The notes under the pieces: generated by a model | Databases searched by the model: none | Seen by the model: the letters and a program-made list of their open reading frames with translations, nothing else | Told to the model about the DNA's origin: nothing | In this document: positions 1-11,137 of the stretch, piece by piece | Numbering within the stretch: the first letter of the stretch is position 1 | Layout of the letters: every line of letters begins with the position of its first letter | Source of the DNA: Chiloscyllium plagiosum | Lineage: Eukaryota | NCBI RefSeq assembly: GCF_004010195.1 | Contig: NC_057756.1 | Coordinates: 10,653,565 to 10,706,370 of the forward strand | Direction of reading: 5' to 3' | DNA length: 52,806 nucleotides | Made by a program: the position numbers and the translations under genes

Positions 1-1469
1 GTGCGGTGTTCCCCCGTCTCCTCCCGGTGCGGTGTTCCCCCGTCGCCTCCCGGTGCGGTGTTCCCCCGTCTCCTCGCGGTGCGGTGTTCCACCGTCTCCT
101 CCCGGTGCGGTGTTCCCCCGTCTCCTCCCGGTGAGGTGTTCCCCCGTCTCCTCCCGGTGCGCTGATCCCCCGTCTCCTCCCGGTGCGCTGTTCCCCCGTC
201 TTCTCCCGGAGCGGTGTTCCCCCGTCTCCTCCCAGTGCGGTGTTCCCCCGTCTCCTCCCGGTGCGGTGTTCCCCCGTCTCCTCCCGGTGCGGTGTTCCCT
301 TGTCTCCCCGTCTCCTCCCGGTGCAGCCTTCCTCCGTCTCCTCCCGGTGCGGTGTTCCCCCGCCTCCTCCCGGTGCGGTGTTCCCCCGTCTCCTCCCGGT
401 GCGATGTTCCCCCGTCTCCTCCCGGTGCGATGTTCCCCCGTCTCCTCCCGGTGCGGTGTTCCCCTGTCTCCTGCCGGTGCGGTGTTCCCCCGTCTCCTCC
501 CCGTGCGGCGTTCCCCCGCCTCCTCCCGGTGCGGTGTTCCCCCGTCTCCTCCCGGTGCGCTGTTCCCCCGTCTCCTCCCGGAGCGGTGTTCCCCCGTTTC
601 CTCCCAGTGCGCTGTTCCCCCGTCTCCTCCCGGTGCGGTGTTCCCTCGTCTCCTCCCGGTGCGGTGTTCCCCCGTCTCCTCCCGGTGCGGTGTTCCATCG
701 TCTCCTCCCGGTGCGGTGTTCCCCCGTCTCCTCCCGGTGCGGTGTTCCCCCATCTCCTCCCAGTGCGGTGTTCCCCCGTCTCCTCCCGGTGCGGTGTTCC
801 CCCGTCTCCTCCCGGAGCGGTGTTCCCCCGTCTCCCCGTCTCCTCCCGGTGCAGTGTTCCCCCGTCTCCTCCCGGTGCGGTGTTCCCCCGTCTCCCCGTC
901 TCCTCCCGGTGCGGTGTTCCCCCGTCTTCTCCCGGTGCGGTGTTCCCCCGTCTCCTCCCGGAGCGGTGTTCCCCAGTCTCCCCGTCTCCTCCCGGTGCGG
1001 TGTTCCATCGTCTCCTCCCGGTGCGGTGTTCCCCCGTCTCCTCCCGGAGCGGTGTTCCCCAGTCTCCCCGTCTCCTCCCGGTGCGGTGTTCCATCGTCTC
1101 CTCCCGGTGCGGTGTTCCCCCGTCTCCTCCCGGAGCGGTGTTCCCCAGTCTCCCCGTCTCCTCCCGGTGCGGTGTTCCATCGTCTCCTCCCGGTGCGGTG
1201 TTCCCCCGTCTCCTCCCGGAGCGGTGTTCCCCAGTCTCCCCGTCTCCTCCCGGTGCGGTGTTCCATCGTCTCCTCCCGGTGCGGTGTTCCCCCGTCTCCT
1301 CCCGGAGCGGTGTTCCCCAGTCTCCCCCCCCCCGGTGGGTGTTTCCCCGTCTCCCCGTCTCCTCCCGGTGCGGTGCTCCCCCGTCTCCTCCCGGTGCGGT
1401 GTTCCCCCGTCTCCTCCCGGTGCGGTGTTCCCCCGCCTCCTCCCGGTGCGGTGTTCCCCAGTCTCCCCG
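1..1469. repeat. CpG-rich 26-bp tandem satellite (GTGCGGTGTTCCCCCGTCTCCTCCCG)n with 34-bp variant units
   Basis: The unit recurs every 26 bp from position 1. Some units carry an extra 8 bp. The array runs into the assembly gap. Confidence 0.97.
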
Positions 1470-1969
1470 NNNNNNNNNNNNNNNNNNNNNNNNNNNNNNN
1501 NNNNNNNNNNNNNNNNNNNNNNNNNNNNNNNNNNNNNNNNNNNNNNNNNNNNNNNNNNNNNNNNNNNNNNNNNNNNNNNNNNNNNNNNNNNNNNNNNNNN
1601 NNNNNNNNNNNNNNNNNNNNNNNNNNNNNNNNNNNNNNNNNNNNNNNNNNNNNNNNNNNNNNNNNNNNNNNNNNNNNNNNNNNNNNNNNNNNNNNNNNNN
1701 NNNNNNNNNNNNNNNNNNNNNNNNNNNNNNNNNNNNNNNNNNNNNNNNNNNNNNNNNNNNNNNNNNNNNNNNNNNNNNNNNNNNNNNNNNNNNNNNNNNN
1801 NNNNNNNNNNNNNNNNNNNNNNNNNNNNNNNNNNNNNNNNNNNNNNNNNNNNNNNNNNNNNNNNNNNNNNNNNNNNNNNNNNNNNNNNNNNNNNNNNNNN
1901 NNNNNNNNNNNNNNNNNNNNNNNNNNNNNNNNNNNNNNNNNNNNNNNNNNNNNNNNNNNNNNNNNNNNN
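1470..1969. other. Assembly gap (500 N)
   Basis: Run of N of round length, so probably a scaffolding placeholder. Confidence 0.99.
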
Positions 1970-2229
1970 GCAACACATTTTCAGCAACTGTTATATCGAC
2001 ACTGGCTCATTGCTTGATAAGCAACAACATCAGAGATGAAATGATTCCAAATGTGTAAATACCTGAATTTATTATCTTGATAATGCCTGTGGTTCAGGGA
2101 ACGTGATAAATTTAACTGTGAAATGAAATGGCCCGAGACAATCATTTTATTTCATTGCATTAAGGATCAGATGGCACATGTTCCCCATTACTCTCTGGCT
2201 CTTCATCTTTGACCCTGAATGAGGGAAGC

Positions 2230-2231
<2 letters not shown>

Positions 2232-2266
<35 letters not shown>
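2232..2266. repeat. (GA)n microsatellite
   Basis: Pure AG dinucleotide run. Confidence 0.95.
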
Positions 2267-2269
<3 letters not shown>

Positions 2270-2349
2270 TGAAAAAGAGAGGGAGAGAGAAGCAAGTGAG
2301 GGATGAAAGAGAGATAGTGATGGGGAGAGACACGTGATCTACAGATGCT

Positions 2350-2730
2350 GCATAGTCAATATTGGAGTGCTCAATGAATGGAAGAATACGAGGATGCTTC
2401 AAGGAACAGCGGGATCTCGGGGAGTTTGTCCGAAGTTCCCTGAAAGCAGCAGGCAGGGCAGATCAATAGGATAGCTAAGGGATCAGTGCTGGGACCACAT
2501 TTGTTTGCAATATACATCAATGGCTTGGATTCGAGAAGCGAAAGAACTCCAGACAAATTTGTAGATGGTACAAAACTACGTTGATAGGCAACTGCTGGGG
2601 ATGACACAAAGAGTCTGTGAGGGGTATAAACAGGTTACATGAGTGGACAAGCACTTGTCAATTAGAATATTACGTGGGAAAGTATGAGGTTATACACTTT
2701 CGCAGGAAGAACAACGGAGCAGAATAGAAT
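2350..2730 (+). mobile_element. CR1-clade LINE ORF2 (RT) fragments
   Basis: Degenerate GSVLGP...YIN and KF(V)DGTK (FADDTK-like) coding remnants. Confidence 0.7.
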
Positions 2731-3789
2731 GACTTGAAGAGACATGCTGATGAAATCATCCAATTATCCTCGACTTGGGCCTGAGGATACAGAGGTCTCA
2801 GGTTCTGTCTTGCAAGACGTTCTGATGAAATCTTTGTCCCTGAATAGCCGAATACTTGCCCAGAGATTTTTGTGTCTGTGAATGTAACAGATTAATGTAA
2901 TTTCGATTCTGGTGGATTCTTCAATACCACATTTCCCATGTATAGTTCTTATGCTTCGTGGGATCACATAACCATTGCCACTTCAGGCGCAAATACCTTG
3001 CTGAAGGCAAAATGCAGTAACACAAAAGTAACACAGGCCGTTTGCAAGGAAAATCAACTGGACGTCAAAGAATTTGGATATTCAGCGCTATCAATTTCTG
3101 TGAATAAAGCACACAGTTTATTTCTGCTTACAATATAGCTTCTTTCAAACTAATGCAAATTTCTAATCATTAACTTGCCAATACAGTCCTGCATTGAAGC
3201 AATGAACAAACTTTTTCTTTCTTCCCATCGAACAATAGGACTGTCAGGATACTGTTCTGATTTTGTTAATGAATGGCAATTTAATGTTCCTGATAGCATG
3301 GCTATTAAGCTCTTCTGAAAATAAATATAGATACCAAAACACTACAAGGTTATATTGATGATAGCATGCCTTACCTGTCTCCTGTGAATGGTTTTTCCGT
3401 TCCCCATTTTCAATACAGTAGGGAGGTAGAGAGAACCCTGTGAGGCATCATCATTCCTTCTTTGGTTCAAACATCAGCTCGTGGCTGGGAAAGTAGTAAG
3501 AATGAGAAGAAATTGATAAACAATACATGTTAAACTTTTTAAAGATGAAAGCAAAGATCTCTGACAAGAAATATGAGACAGCCAATTATAGTTTTACTAA
3601 ATTAAAACTTGAAAAAAGTATGTTGTTTTACTTTCAGCTCAGATGACAAATGATTGCAAGAAGAGATATCTGAAATGACTACTTGCCAACAGTAAAGGAG
3701 TTTCCACAGAATTATTACATCCAGGTTCGCTATTAATGCACAAAAAGATCCAGAAAAGGTCTTGGAAGCTTTTGAAGACTAGATTTAGT

Positions 3790-4185
3790 TGTGTGATGTG
3801 GGCATCATTGGTTGGGGCAGTATTTATTACCCATCTGGTTGCCACTTGGGAAAGTGGTGGTAAGCTGCCTTCTTGAACTGATGCAGTCCTTATGCTGTAG
3901 ATACATCTGGAGAAAATTCCAGGATTCTGACCGAGCAACACTGAAGGAAGGGCGATATATTTTCAATTAAAGATGGTGAGTTGTTTGGAGGGAAACTTGC
4001 ATGTGGTGTTGTTCCCATGTATCTGCCTCACCGTCCTTCCAAATGGAAGTGGTCATGGGATGAGCTGTCTGAGGATCTTTGGTGACTTTCTGCAGATGCA
4101 GTACATCGTATAGACAGTGCTCACTACTGCCGTCAGTGGTTGAGGAACTGGAGGTTTCTGAAATGTGGTGCTCATCAAGCAGGTT
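3790..4185 (-). mobile_element. 3' end of an L2/CR1-like LINE
   Basis: Reverse complement resembles the LINE 3' region at 37430-37760 and 50750-51090. Confidence 0.65.
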
Positions 4186-4249
4186 GTTTGGAGAAGAATA
4201 AATTTCAAGATTAATGAAGAAGGAACATCTTACCACTGCAAATAGAAAA

Positions 4250-6620
4250 TATATTTCACAGAGGTTTACTGGGGAAAATATATGGTTTAGAAATTAGAAA
4301 TGAAAAAGGAAAGATCACCTTGATGGGATTGTACTATAGGCCTCCCGATAGTCAGAGAGAGATTGAGAAACAAATATGTTGGGACATCGCAGATATATGT
4401 AAGCAGAATAAGATTGTAATAATGGGGGATTTAAATTTTCCAAACATTGACTGGGACTACAATAGTGTTAAAGGTTTGGATGATGAGAAAATGTGTTCAT
4501 GACAATATGTTGATGATCCTTCGAAAGAAGCAGAGAAACCAGACCTTCTTTCAAGTAATAAGTCAGGGCAGGTGATAGAAGTAAAAGTGAGGGAATGCTA
4601 TGGGTCCAGCGATCATAGTTCTATTAGGATCAAAATGGCTATGGAAAAGTAGAAGCCTTCCATAAAAGTTAAAGTTTTTAATTGGAGTAAGGCACATTTT
4701 AATTGTGAGACAAAAGCTTTCAAAAGGTGATTGGAGTAGACTGTTTATAGATAAAAGTTCGTCCGACGAGTGGGAGACTTTCAGGAGTGCGAGACAAGAG
4801 TTCGGAGGTAAGATGTTCCTGTTAGAGTGAAGGGTAAGGCTGGTCAGATTAATGTATAATGGATAAATAAAGATATGTGGTCCTAGTCAAGAACAAAAGA
4901 GAATCTCATTTTAGATGTGTACGTGTTTGTTCAATTCAATTTCTTAATCAATATAATGAGAGTTGGGAATTCTTAAGAAAGAAATCAGGAAGGCAAAGAG
5001 GGGATATGAGATAGCATTGGCAGATAAGGTTATGCATAATCCAAAGATGTTCTACAAATGCATGAAGTGCAAGAAGTTAAGTGGAAAGGGGGTAGGGATC
5101 CTTAAAGATCGAGGAGGCCATTTTTGTGTTGAACCACAGGAGATGGAAGCGATACTAAATGAATGTTTAACATCAGTGTTTACTGTGGAAAAAGAAATGG
5201 TGGCTAGAGAACACATAAAATTAAATTTTAGTGTTTAAATTACATTTCAGATTACTGAACAGGACGTTCGGAAGATCTCAGAGAATATAAAGGGACATAA
5301 ACCTCCGTGATTTGATCTAATATATCCCAGAACGTGGTGGTATGTAAGGGAGGAAATTACAGGACCCCAAGCAGAAATATTAGGATCAAATATACATACG
5401 GGTGAGGTGCCTGATAACCGTAAGGTGGTTAATGTTGTATTTTTATCTCAGAAAGGTTGTAAGGGGAAATTGGGAATGTATAGGTCTGTGAGAGTGACTT
5501 CGATTGCGTGTAAATATTTAGAGGTTATTTTAAAAGACAGGATTTACGGAAATTTAGGGAGGCAAACATAAATTAGGGATAGTCAGCAGGGATTTTTAAA
5601 AGGAAAATTACATCTCACAATTTTGGTTTTTTTTGAGCTTTTTGAAAAAGTTACCAAAGAAGATTGATGAAGGCAGAGCCGTAGACGTTGCTTCTGTAAA
5701 GCCTTTGAAAAGCTTCTGGATGGTAGACTAAATGAAATAAATTGTCATATGGGATTCATGGCTTAATGGCAGGAGACAGAGAGTGGTTGTGGAAGGTTGT
5801 TTGTTGGACTGGAAGCCAGTGACCAGTGGTTTTCCACAGGGATTTGATCTGGGTAGTGCTTTGTTTGTCATTTATATTAAATTAGATTGCTTACAGTGTG
5901 GAAACAGGCCCTTCGGCCCAACAAGTCAAAACTGACCCGCCGAGCCACAACCCACCCAGACCCATTCCCGTACATTTACCCCTTCACCTAACACTCTGGG
6001 CAATTCACCTAATCTGCACATTTTTGGATTGTGGGAGGAAACTGGAGTACCCGGAGGAAACCCACGCAGACACGGAGAGAATGTGCAAACTCCACACAGT
6101 CAGCCGAGGTGTTAATTGAACCCGGGTCTCTGGCGCTGCGAGGCAGCAGTGCTAACCACTGTGCCACCATGCCGCCCACGATTTGGCTCAGAATACAAAA
6201 GCATGTGGTAATGAGTTTGTGGACAGCATCAAATTTGGTGGCATAGTAGACAGTAAAGAAAGTTTTCTAATATTACAAAGGAATCTTGGTCAAATGGGTC
6301 AATCAGCTGAAAAATAGCAGATGGAGTTCAATCTGGATAAACGTGAGGCATTGTATTCTAGTACAATAAACAAGGTTAGGGCTTATACAATTAATAGTAG
6401 GGACTTGGGTAGTGTTGTATACAACAGAGGGATCCATGGTGCAGCTATATAATTCATTGAAGTTTACATCACACAATTTTGTTTACATCTGGACGTGGTT
6501 TGTTCAGAAGGCATTTAACATGTTTGCCTTCTTTGTTCAGTTCTTTGAGTAAAGGAGTTGAAAAGTCTTTTTTGAGATTGAACAGGAAATTAGTGAGGCC
6601 TCCTCGGGAATATCGTGTCT
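4250..6620 (+). mobile_element. Decayed CR1 LINE ORF2 (APE endonuclease + RT), split by a SINE
   Basis: ORF remnants GLYYRPP...IMGDLNFPNIDW (endonuclease) and KKEIRKAKRGYE...NPKMFY...L.SVFT. RT motifs follow, with many stops and frameshifts. Confidence 0.9.
5881..6177 (-). mobile_element. HE1-like (V-SINE) tRNA-derived SINE
   Basis: The minus strand starts GGGCGGCATGGTGGCACAGTGGTTAGCACTGCTGCC (A box), then GGTTCAATT (B box) and the V-SINE core TGTGTGGAGTTTGCACATTCT...TTTCCTCCCACA, with a CR1-like tail. Confidence 0.9.
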
Positions 6621-7410
6621 AGAGAGCAAAGAGGGACCTTAAAACGGCTTTGGCAATTTGGATTAAAGAGAGTCCCAAGGCATTCCATGATACATTAAAA
6701 ATCAGAGGATAACTCGGGAGAATGTAGAACCATTTAAGGATAAAGGACGCAACTTGTGCTTAGCAGAGGATGTGGGTGAGATCCTAAATCACTACTTTGC
6801 ATCAATATTCACCCAGGAAAAGCATATGGAAGATAGTGAGATTTGTGTGGAGCATGCTGATGTACTGGGGCGTTTTTGAGTTCACGTAAGAAGTAAGGGA
6901 TTGCTCGAAGATAATTAGCGTGGAGAAATCCTGAGGACCCAATTGTAGAGAGAGAGGCAAGAGAGGTGATTCCTGGGGTGTTGAACATAATCTTTGTATC
7001 CTCACTAGCCCCTGGAGAGGTCCCGGAGGACTGGAAATCAGCTAATGTTGATCCTCTGTTTAAGAAGAAAAATAGGGACAATCCAGGAATCTATAGACCA
7101 GTGAGTCTCACGTCAGTGATTGGGAAGCTATTGGAGAAAAGTCTTCGAGATAGGATTTAAGCACATTTGGAAAAGCATGGCCTAATTAGGAACAGTCAGC
7201 ATGGCTTTGCGCAAGGTCTTACTAACGTGATTGAACTTTTCAGGGAGTTGAGGAAGGTGATCAGTAAGGGTAGAGTAGTGGATATATTCTTGATGGATTT
7301 TAGTAAGGATTGCAATAAGGTACCTCATGGTAGGTTTATCAAAAAGATTAAGATGTGTTTGATCCAAAGTGACTTGGCCATGGGAATTCAGAGTTGGCTT
7401 GCTTATAGAG
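6620..7410 (+). mobile_element. CR1 LINE ORF2 fragment
   Basis: GEVPEDWKSANV.PLFKK...YRPVSLTSVIGKLLE; SQHGF...MDFSK...VPH. Confidence 0.92.
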
Positions 7411-7417
7411 GCAGAGG

Positions 7418-7530
7418 GCTTCCTGATAAGGGCTCCTGCCCAAAACGTCGGTTTTCCGGCTCCATGGATCCTGCCTGACCTACTGTGTTTTTCCAGCACC
7501 ACTCTAATCTTTACAAACTGAATAAAGTCA
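7418..7530 (+). mobile_element. Penelope-like element 3' end with decayed hammerhead motif
   Basis: CTGATAAGGGCTCCTGCCCAAAACGTCG, then CTGCCTGACCTACTGTGTTTTTCCAGCACCACTCTAATCT. Homologous to 47472-47566 and to the insertion at 14047-14568. Confidence 0.75.
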
Positions 7531-8049
7531 TGTTTAAAAATAAGCAAATATCGTTTTCCCTCTTGTTGCCTTCAGAGACAGGGATGCAGACTGACAATCA
7601 CAAACTCATACAGGTACATATCTGTGGTTCCTTGCTTTGTAAGAATTACAAATGAATTTGTCTTTGGCATCACGCCATCACTGTCCCCTGCTCCCACCCT
7701 CTCAGACATTCTGAGCGGTATGCAATCTCAAAAACTCCTGGTTTCACTCTACTTCCAGCTTCCTTCAGTTGTGATGAAAGGTCATCACCTTGAGCCTTTC
7801 ATTGTGTTTATTTGCACCTATTCCCACTGACCTGCTGACTATATTCAGCTATTTGTATGGTCACTGACAGGCAGTGTCCCCTGAGGAGAGTTCTGATATG
7901 TGCCATTCAGGACACGTCTTTAAACAGCAGAGTAACTGAGAACCCTCCACCTAGGAAATGTGATGCAGATAAACAGGGTTAAGCGGTGATTTTGCATATC
8001 AAAAGGTTCACTGATATATCCTGAGCAATTTGCTGATGTGGGACATTCT

Positions 8050-8812
8050 AACAAGTTCGAGGAATACAGAGGGTGAGCGAGTGTTCCAAACGAATGGGTA
8101 CCCACTGAACACAGTACACCAATTTCTCAGCAACAATCCCAAAACAAACAAAAAAAACAGGTCCAGAAAACCTAGCCACTCTCCCCTACATTAAGACATC
8201 TCGGGAATGACTGCCAGACTACTCATACCCCTTGGCATCATGGTAGCCCACAAACCCACCAACACAATAAAACAGCAGCGAATGAACTTGAAAGACCCTA
8301 TGCTAATAATGAGCAAAACTAACGTCATTTACAAAATACTGTGCAAGGTCTGTAACAAAAAATACATTGGATAAACAGGCAGAAAAATAGCCACCAGGAT
8401 ACATGAACACAAACTAGCCACAAAACTACATGACCCTCTCTCACTAGTGTCCTCACATACAGATCAGGAAGGACACCACTTCGACTGGAACAATGCAGCC
8501 ATCCTAGGACAAGCCAAACAAAGACATGCACAAGAATTCTGAGAAGCAATGCATTCCAACCTGAACTCTATCAACAAACACATCGAGTTAGACCCCATCT
8601 ACCTCCCCCTGAGAAAAGGAACAGGAAATTAGTTCACCACAGGAAATAACATCATCAAAGGAAATGACATTACTAACCCAAAGAAATAAATATGAAGCAG
8701 GAAGTTACAGAATTGCTACACCTGAGGTCCACTGAAGATGTTAACTAGTACGGTAATGAAACATCTGGAAATGAACCTTTCAGATCAGCGAGCAAACCTA
8801 CATCCAAAACAA
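8050..8812 (+). mobile_element. Penelope-like retroelement 3' part (GIY-YIG endonuclease remnant and hammerhead-bearing pLTR)
   Basis: ~8320-8410 reads NVIYKI.CK.CNK/YIG*TGRKIATRIHEH across a frameshift, a GIY-YIG signature. A hammerhead core sits at 8728-8769. Confidence 0.85.
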
Positions 8813-8939
8813 AGTGTGAGTTGTATGTTTTCTCAGCTATTTCTCAAATGCTTATTGCCGTTGAAAGATTTTGTCTGATACCTCATTTATCTGACTCAGC
8901 TTCATTTTCTGAAATAGTTCCTGTTGGTCAGTTGTCCAT

Positions 8940-9480
8940 CTGTATTGCATCCTGCAGATTGAACTGCAGTGAAATGAGAATCTGTTCGAATAGATTCCGC
9001 CTGATCAGGCAGCATCTGTGTCGAAAGGAACAGAGTTAATGCTTGGAGACTGTAAGCTTTCAATAGAATAAGGAACACTTAGAGATGTAACAGGATTGAC
9101 GAAGGGCTGGGTGTGAAAATGTCAAAAGGAAGGTCTGTGATCGGGGTGGAGACGGGGGAATTGACTGACAGAAGAGTGAGTCTTCCTGGGTCAAAGAGAT
9201 TGGTGATGGGGCAAGAAAAGGTACAGAGAAACTGAGGATGTTCCTAGGGCAGATGGGCTGCTGACTGAAGGGAACCTAACATAAACAATTGGAGACAAGA
9301 CGTTGCTGTCAGAGTTGTTGAACCCAGTTTTGATCAAGAAGTTGTAAAATCGCAAGGTGAGGGACTTTTTTCTGAAATTTACTTTGAGCAACACTAGAAC
9401 AGTGCAGTATATCAAGATCAGAAATGTCAGCATGAGAGCAAGGTGGAGAATTAAAATGACAGGCCATTTTCGAATCGTCT
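8940..9480 (-). mobile_element. Decayed Penelope-like element 3' region
   Basis: The reverse strand reads ACHFNSPPCSHADIS.L.ILHCSS, similar to the Penelope remnant at 47400-47730. A GCAGCATCTGTG...AACAGAGTTAA end motif is present. Confidence 0.6.
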
Positions 9481-9529
9481 CTTCCCACTGATGAAGAGCT
9501 AATATTGTCCAGATATAACAGCAATTCGG

Positions 9530-9803
9530 GGTGATTCTGTGACTCAGTGGTTAGCATTGCTGCCTCACGGAGCAAAGGTCCTGAATTCAATTCCAATGCT
9601 GGGATACTGTCTGTGTGGAGTTTGCACAGTCTCCCAGTGTCTGCGTAGGTTTTCTCTGTGTGCCCCGGTTTCCTCTCATTGTCTAAAGATATGCAGGTTA
9701 GGTGGATTAGCCACAGTTGAATGTTCAAGAATGTGCAGACGAAGGTCTGTGTGGACTCGATGGACCAAATGACCTCTTTCTTCACTGTAGGGAATCTATG
9801 ATT
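9530..9803 (+). mobile_element. HE1-like (V-SINE) SINE
   Basis: GTGACTCAGTGGTTAGCATTGCTGCCTCA head, V-SINE core and TCTATGATT tail. Confidence 0.85.
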
Positions 9804-9829
9804 ACATGCGTAATGGAAGAAGTAGTAGA

Positions 9830-10446
9830 CCAGGAATTTAGAGCCTAATCAGGGTAACCACTGTGATGGGGAAGTTATCAGAAATAATATGCGTCAAATC
9901 GCACTTTAAGCAATGATAGCAGCAACAAAATATGAAGGGAAGGTTGTGTTTGACAAACGTGAGGAGGAACCCAAAATTGTTGATGCATTTGATTTAATCT
10001 ACATGGGTTTTAGCAAACTTCTGATAAATTCCTTCATTGAATCAACACCCAAAATATGCAAGGCAAAATGACAAAATAGGTGGTGAGGCAGGAAACAGAG
10101 GAAGATGGTCGAAAGATGTTTCTATGACATGAAGTCTGCTTTCAGTGGGATTGTACAGAGCGTGATGCAGAGGCCCTTGCTATTTATGGTAGATTTTCAG
10201 GATTTGGAAATAAGTCAGCTGATATGATCAAGAAGTTTGCATATGAGATAAAAAATGGGCGGACGTTCATGAGTGAGAGGGAGGATGTAAACTGGAAGAG
10301 ATTATGAACAGATTGGTCAGCTCTGCAGTGCAATGGTAAATGGAATTCAACTTGGTAAATAGTGCGAGGGTATATACTTGGGGAAGGCTAACAAGGATGA
10401 CACATGAACAATATGACCATAGAAAGTAGTGAAGGTCAGTTGGTAT
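9830..10446 (+). mobile_element. Old CR1 LINE fragment into which the ERV integrated (resumes at ~18253-18300)
   Basis: RT remnants (YMGFSK, KFAYEIK, WxMEFN). CR1-like sequence continues after the ERV as TTGGGATATACATCCATAGATCCCTG. Confidence 0.7.
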
Positions 10447-11046
10447 TGTAAGAAACAAACTCAAAATTTTAGACGAGACCAACAAATCTGGAAACAAGAC
10501 AATTTATTACGGACTTGCAAGTACGGGCTGCAACTGCACAAAGCAATTGAGCGAATTAGACTCGGGTTAGTTTACAATTATACCTTTGAGCTGAGTGAAG
10601 TCATCTCTCCAGACTCCTAATTGCCCAATCTCTCTTACTAGGCTATACAACTGCCCATCCTCGCTCCACCCTTGTTACTTCCCCTTCCCCATGTTGGCAA
10701 TCTTCCTCCTTGTTAGTGCTGACATTTTCATTATTTTGTCGATAGTACATCAAGATATAATTTAACATTTTGTATCAATACTGCTGGTACATTCCATTCT
10801 CCGTACACTTCATCAATTTTGTATCATTTTTGTACAGCTCAGGCATTTTAGTTATCTCAGTTTTTTTTGCTGAAAACTTATTTTAAAAAAGTTAACTTGA
10901 CGCCAGAATTAGTATTAAATTAACCATAATTAAAAGTAAACATGCGCTTCCCTAAGTACCTGCAGAGTTAATAGTTTTTCTGCTGGAACCCTTTTCTTCA
11001 TGTTTCTATATAGCTGCAAAAACAACATTTCCTTTCATTTCTAACA
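10447..11046 (-). repeat. ERV 3' LTR
   Basis: Direct repeat of 17672-18252. On the minus strand it starts TGTTAG right after the PPT and ends TTACA. AATAAA lies at 10503-10508 (minus). Confidence 0.93.
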
Positions 11047-11068
11047 ACTCCCCCATTTCTTTTATTTT
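11047..11068 (-). promoter_or_regulatory. Polypurine tract (PPT)
   Basis: Minus strand AAAATAAAAGAAATGGGGGAGT immediately precedes the LTR TG. Confidence 0.8.
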
Positions 11069-11137
11069 ACTATTTGTTGTTTTTGCAATTTCTATTCTCT
11101 GTCCTCTTTTCACCCTAAGGTGTAGAGGTTCACAACC

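Noticed and set aside
1..1469. Possible CRISPR array
   Set aside because: Units are contiguous with no unique spacers, the context is eukaryotic and there are no cas genes.
32..2058. Three 600+ aa Pro/Ser/Arg-rich ORFs
   Set aside because: They are translations of a stop-free 26-bp satellite plus the N gap, not genes.
5881..6177. tRNA genes at SINE heads (also 9530, 46236 and 49570)
   Set aside because: The A/B boxes are followed by SINE core and LINE-derived tails, and no complete cloverleaf is present.
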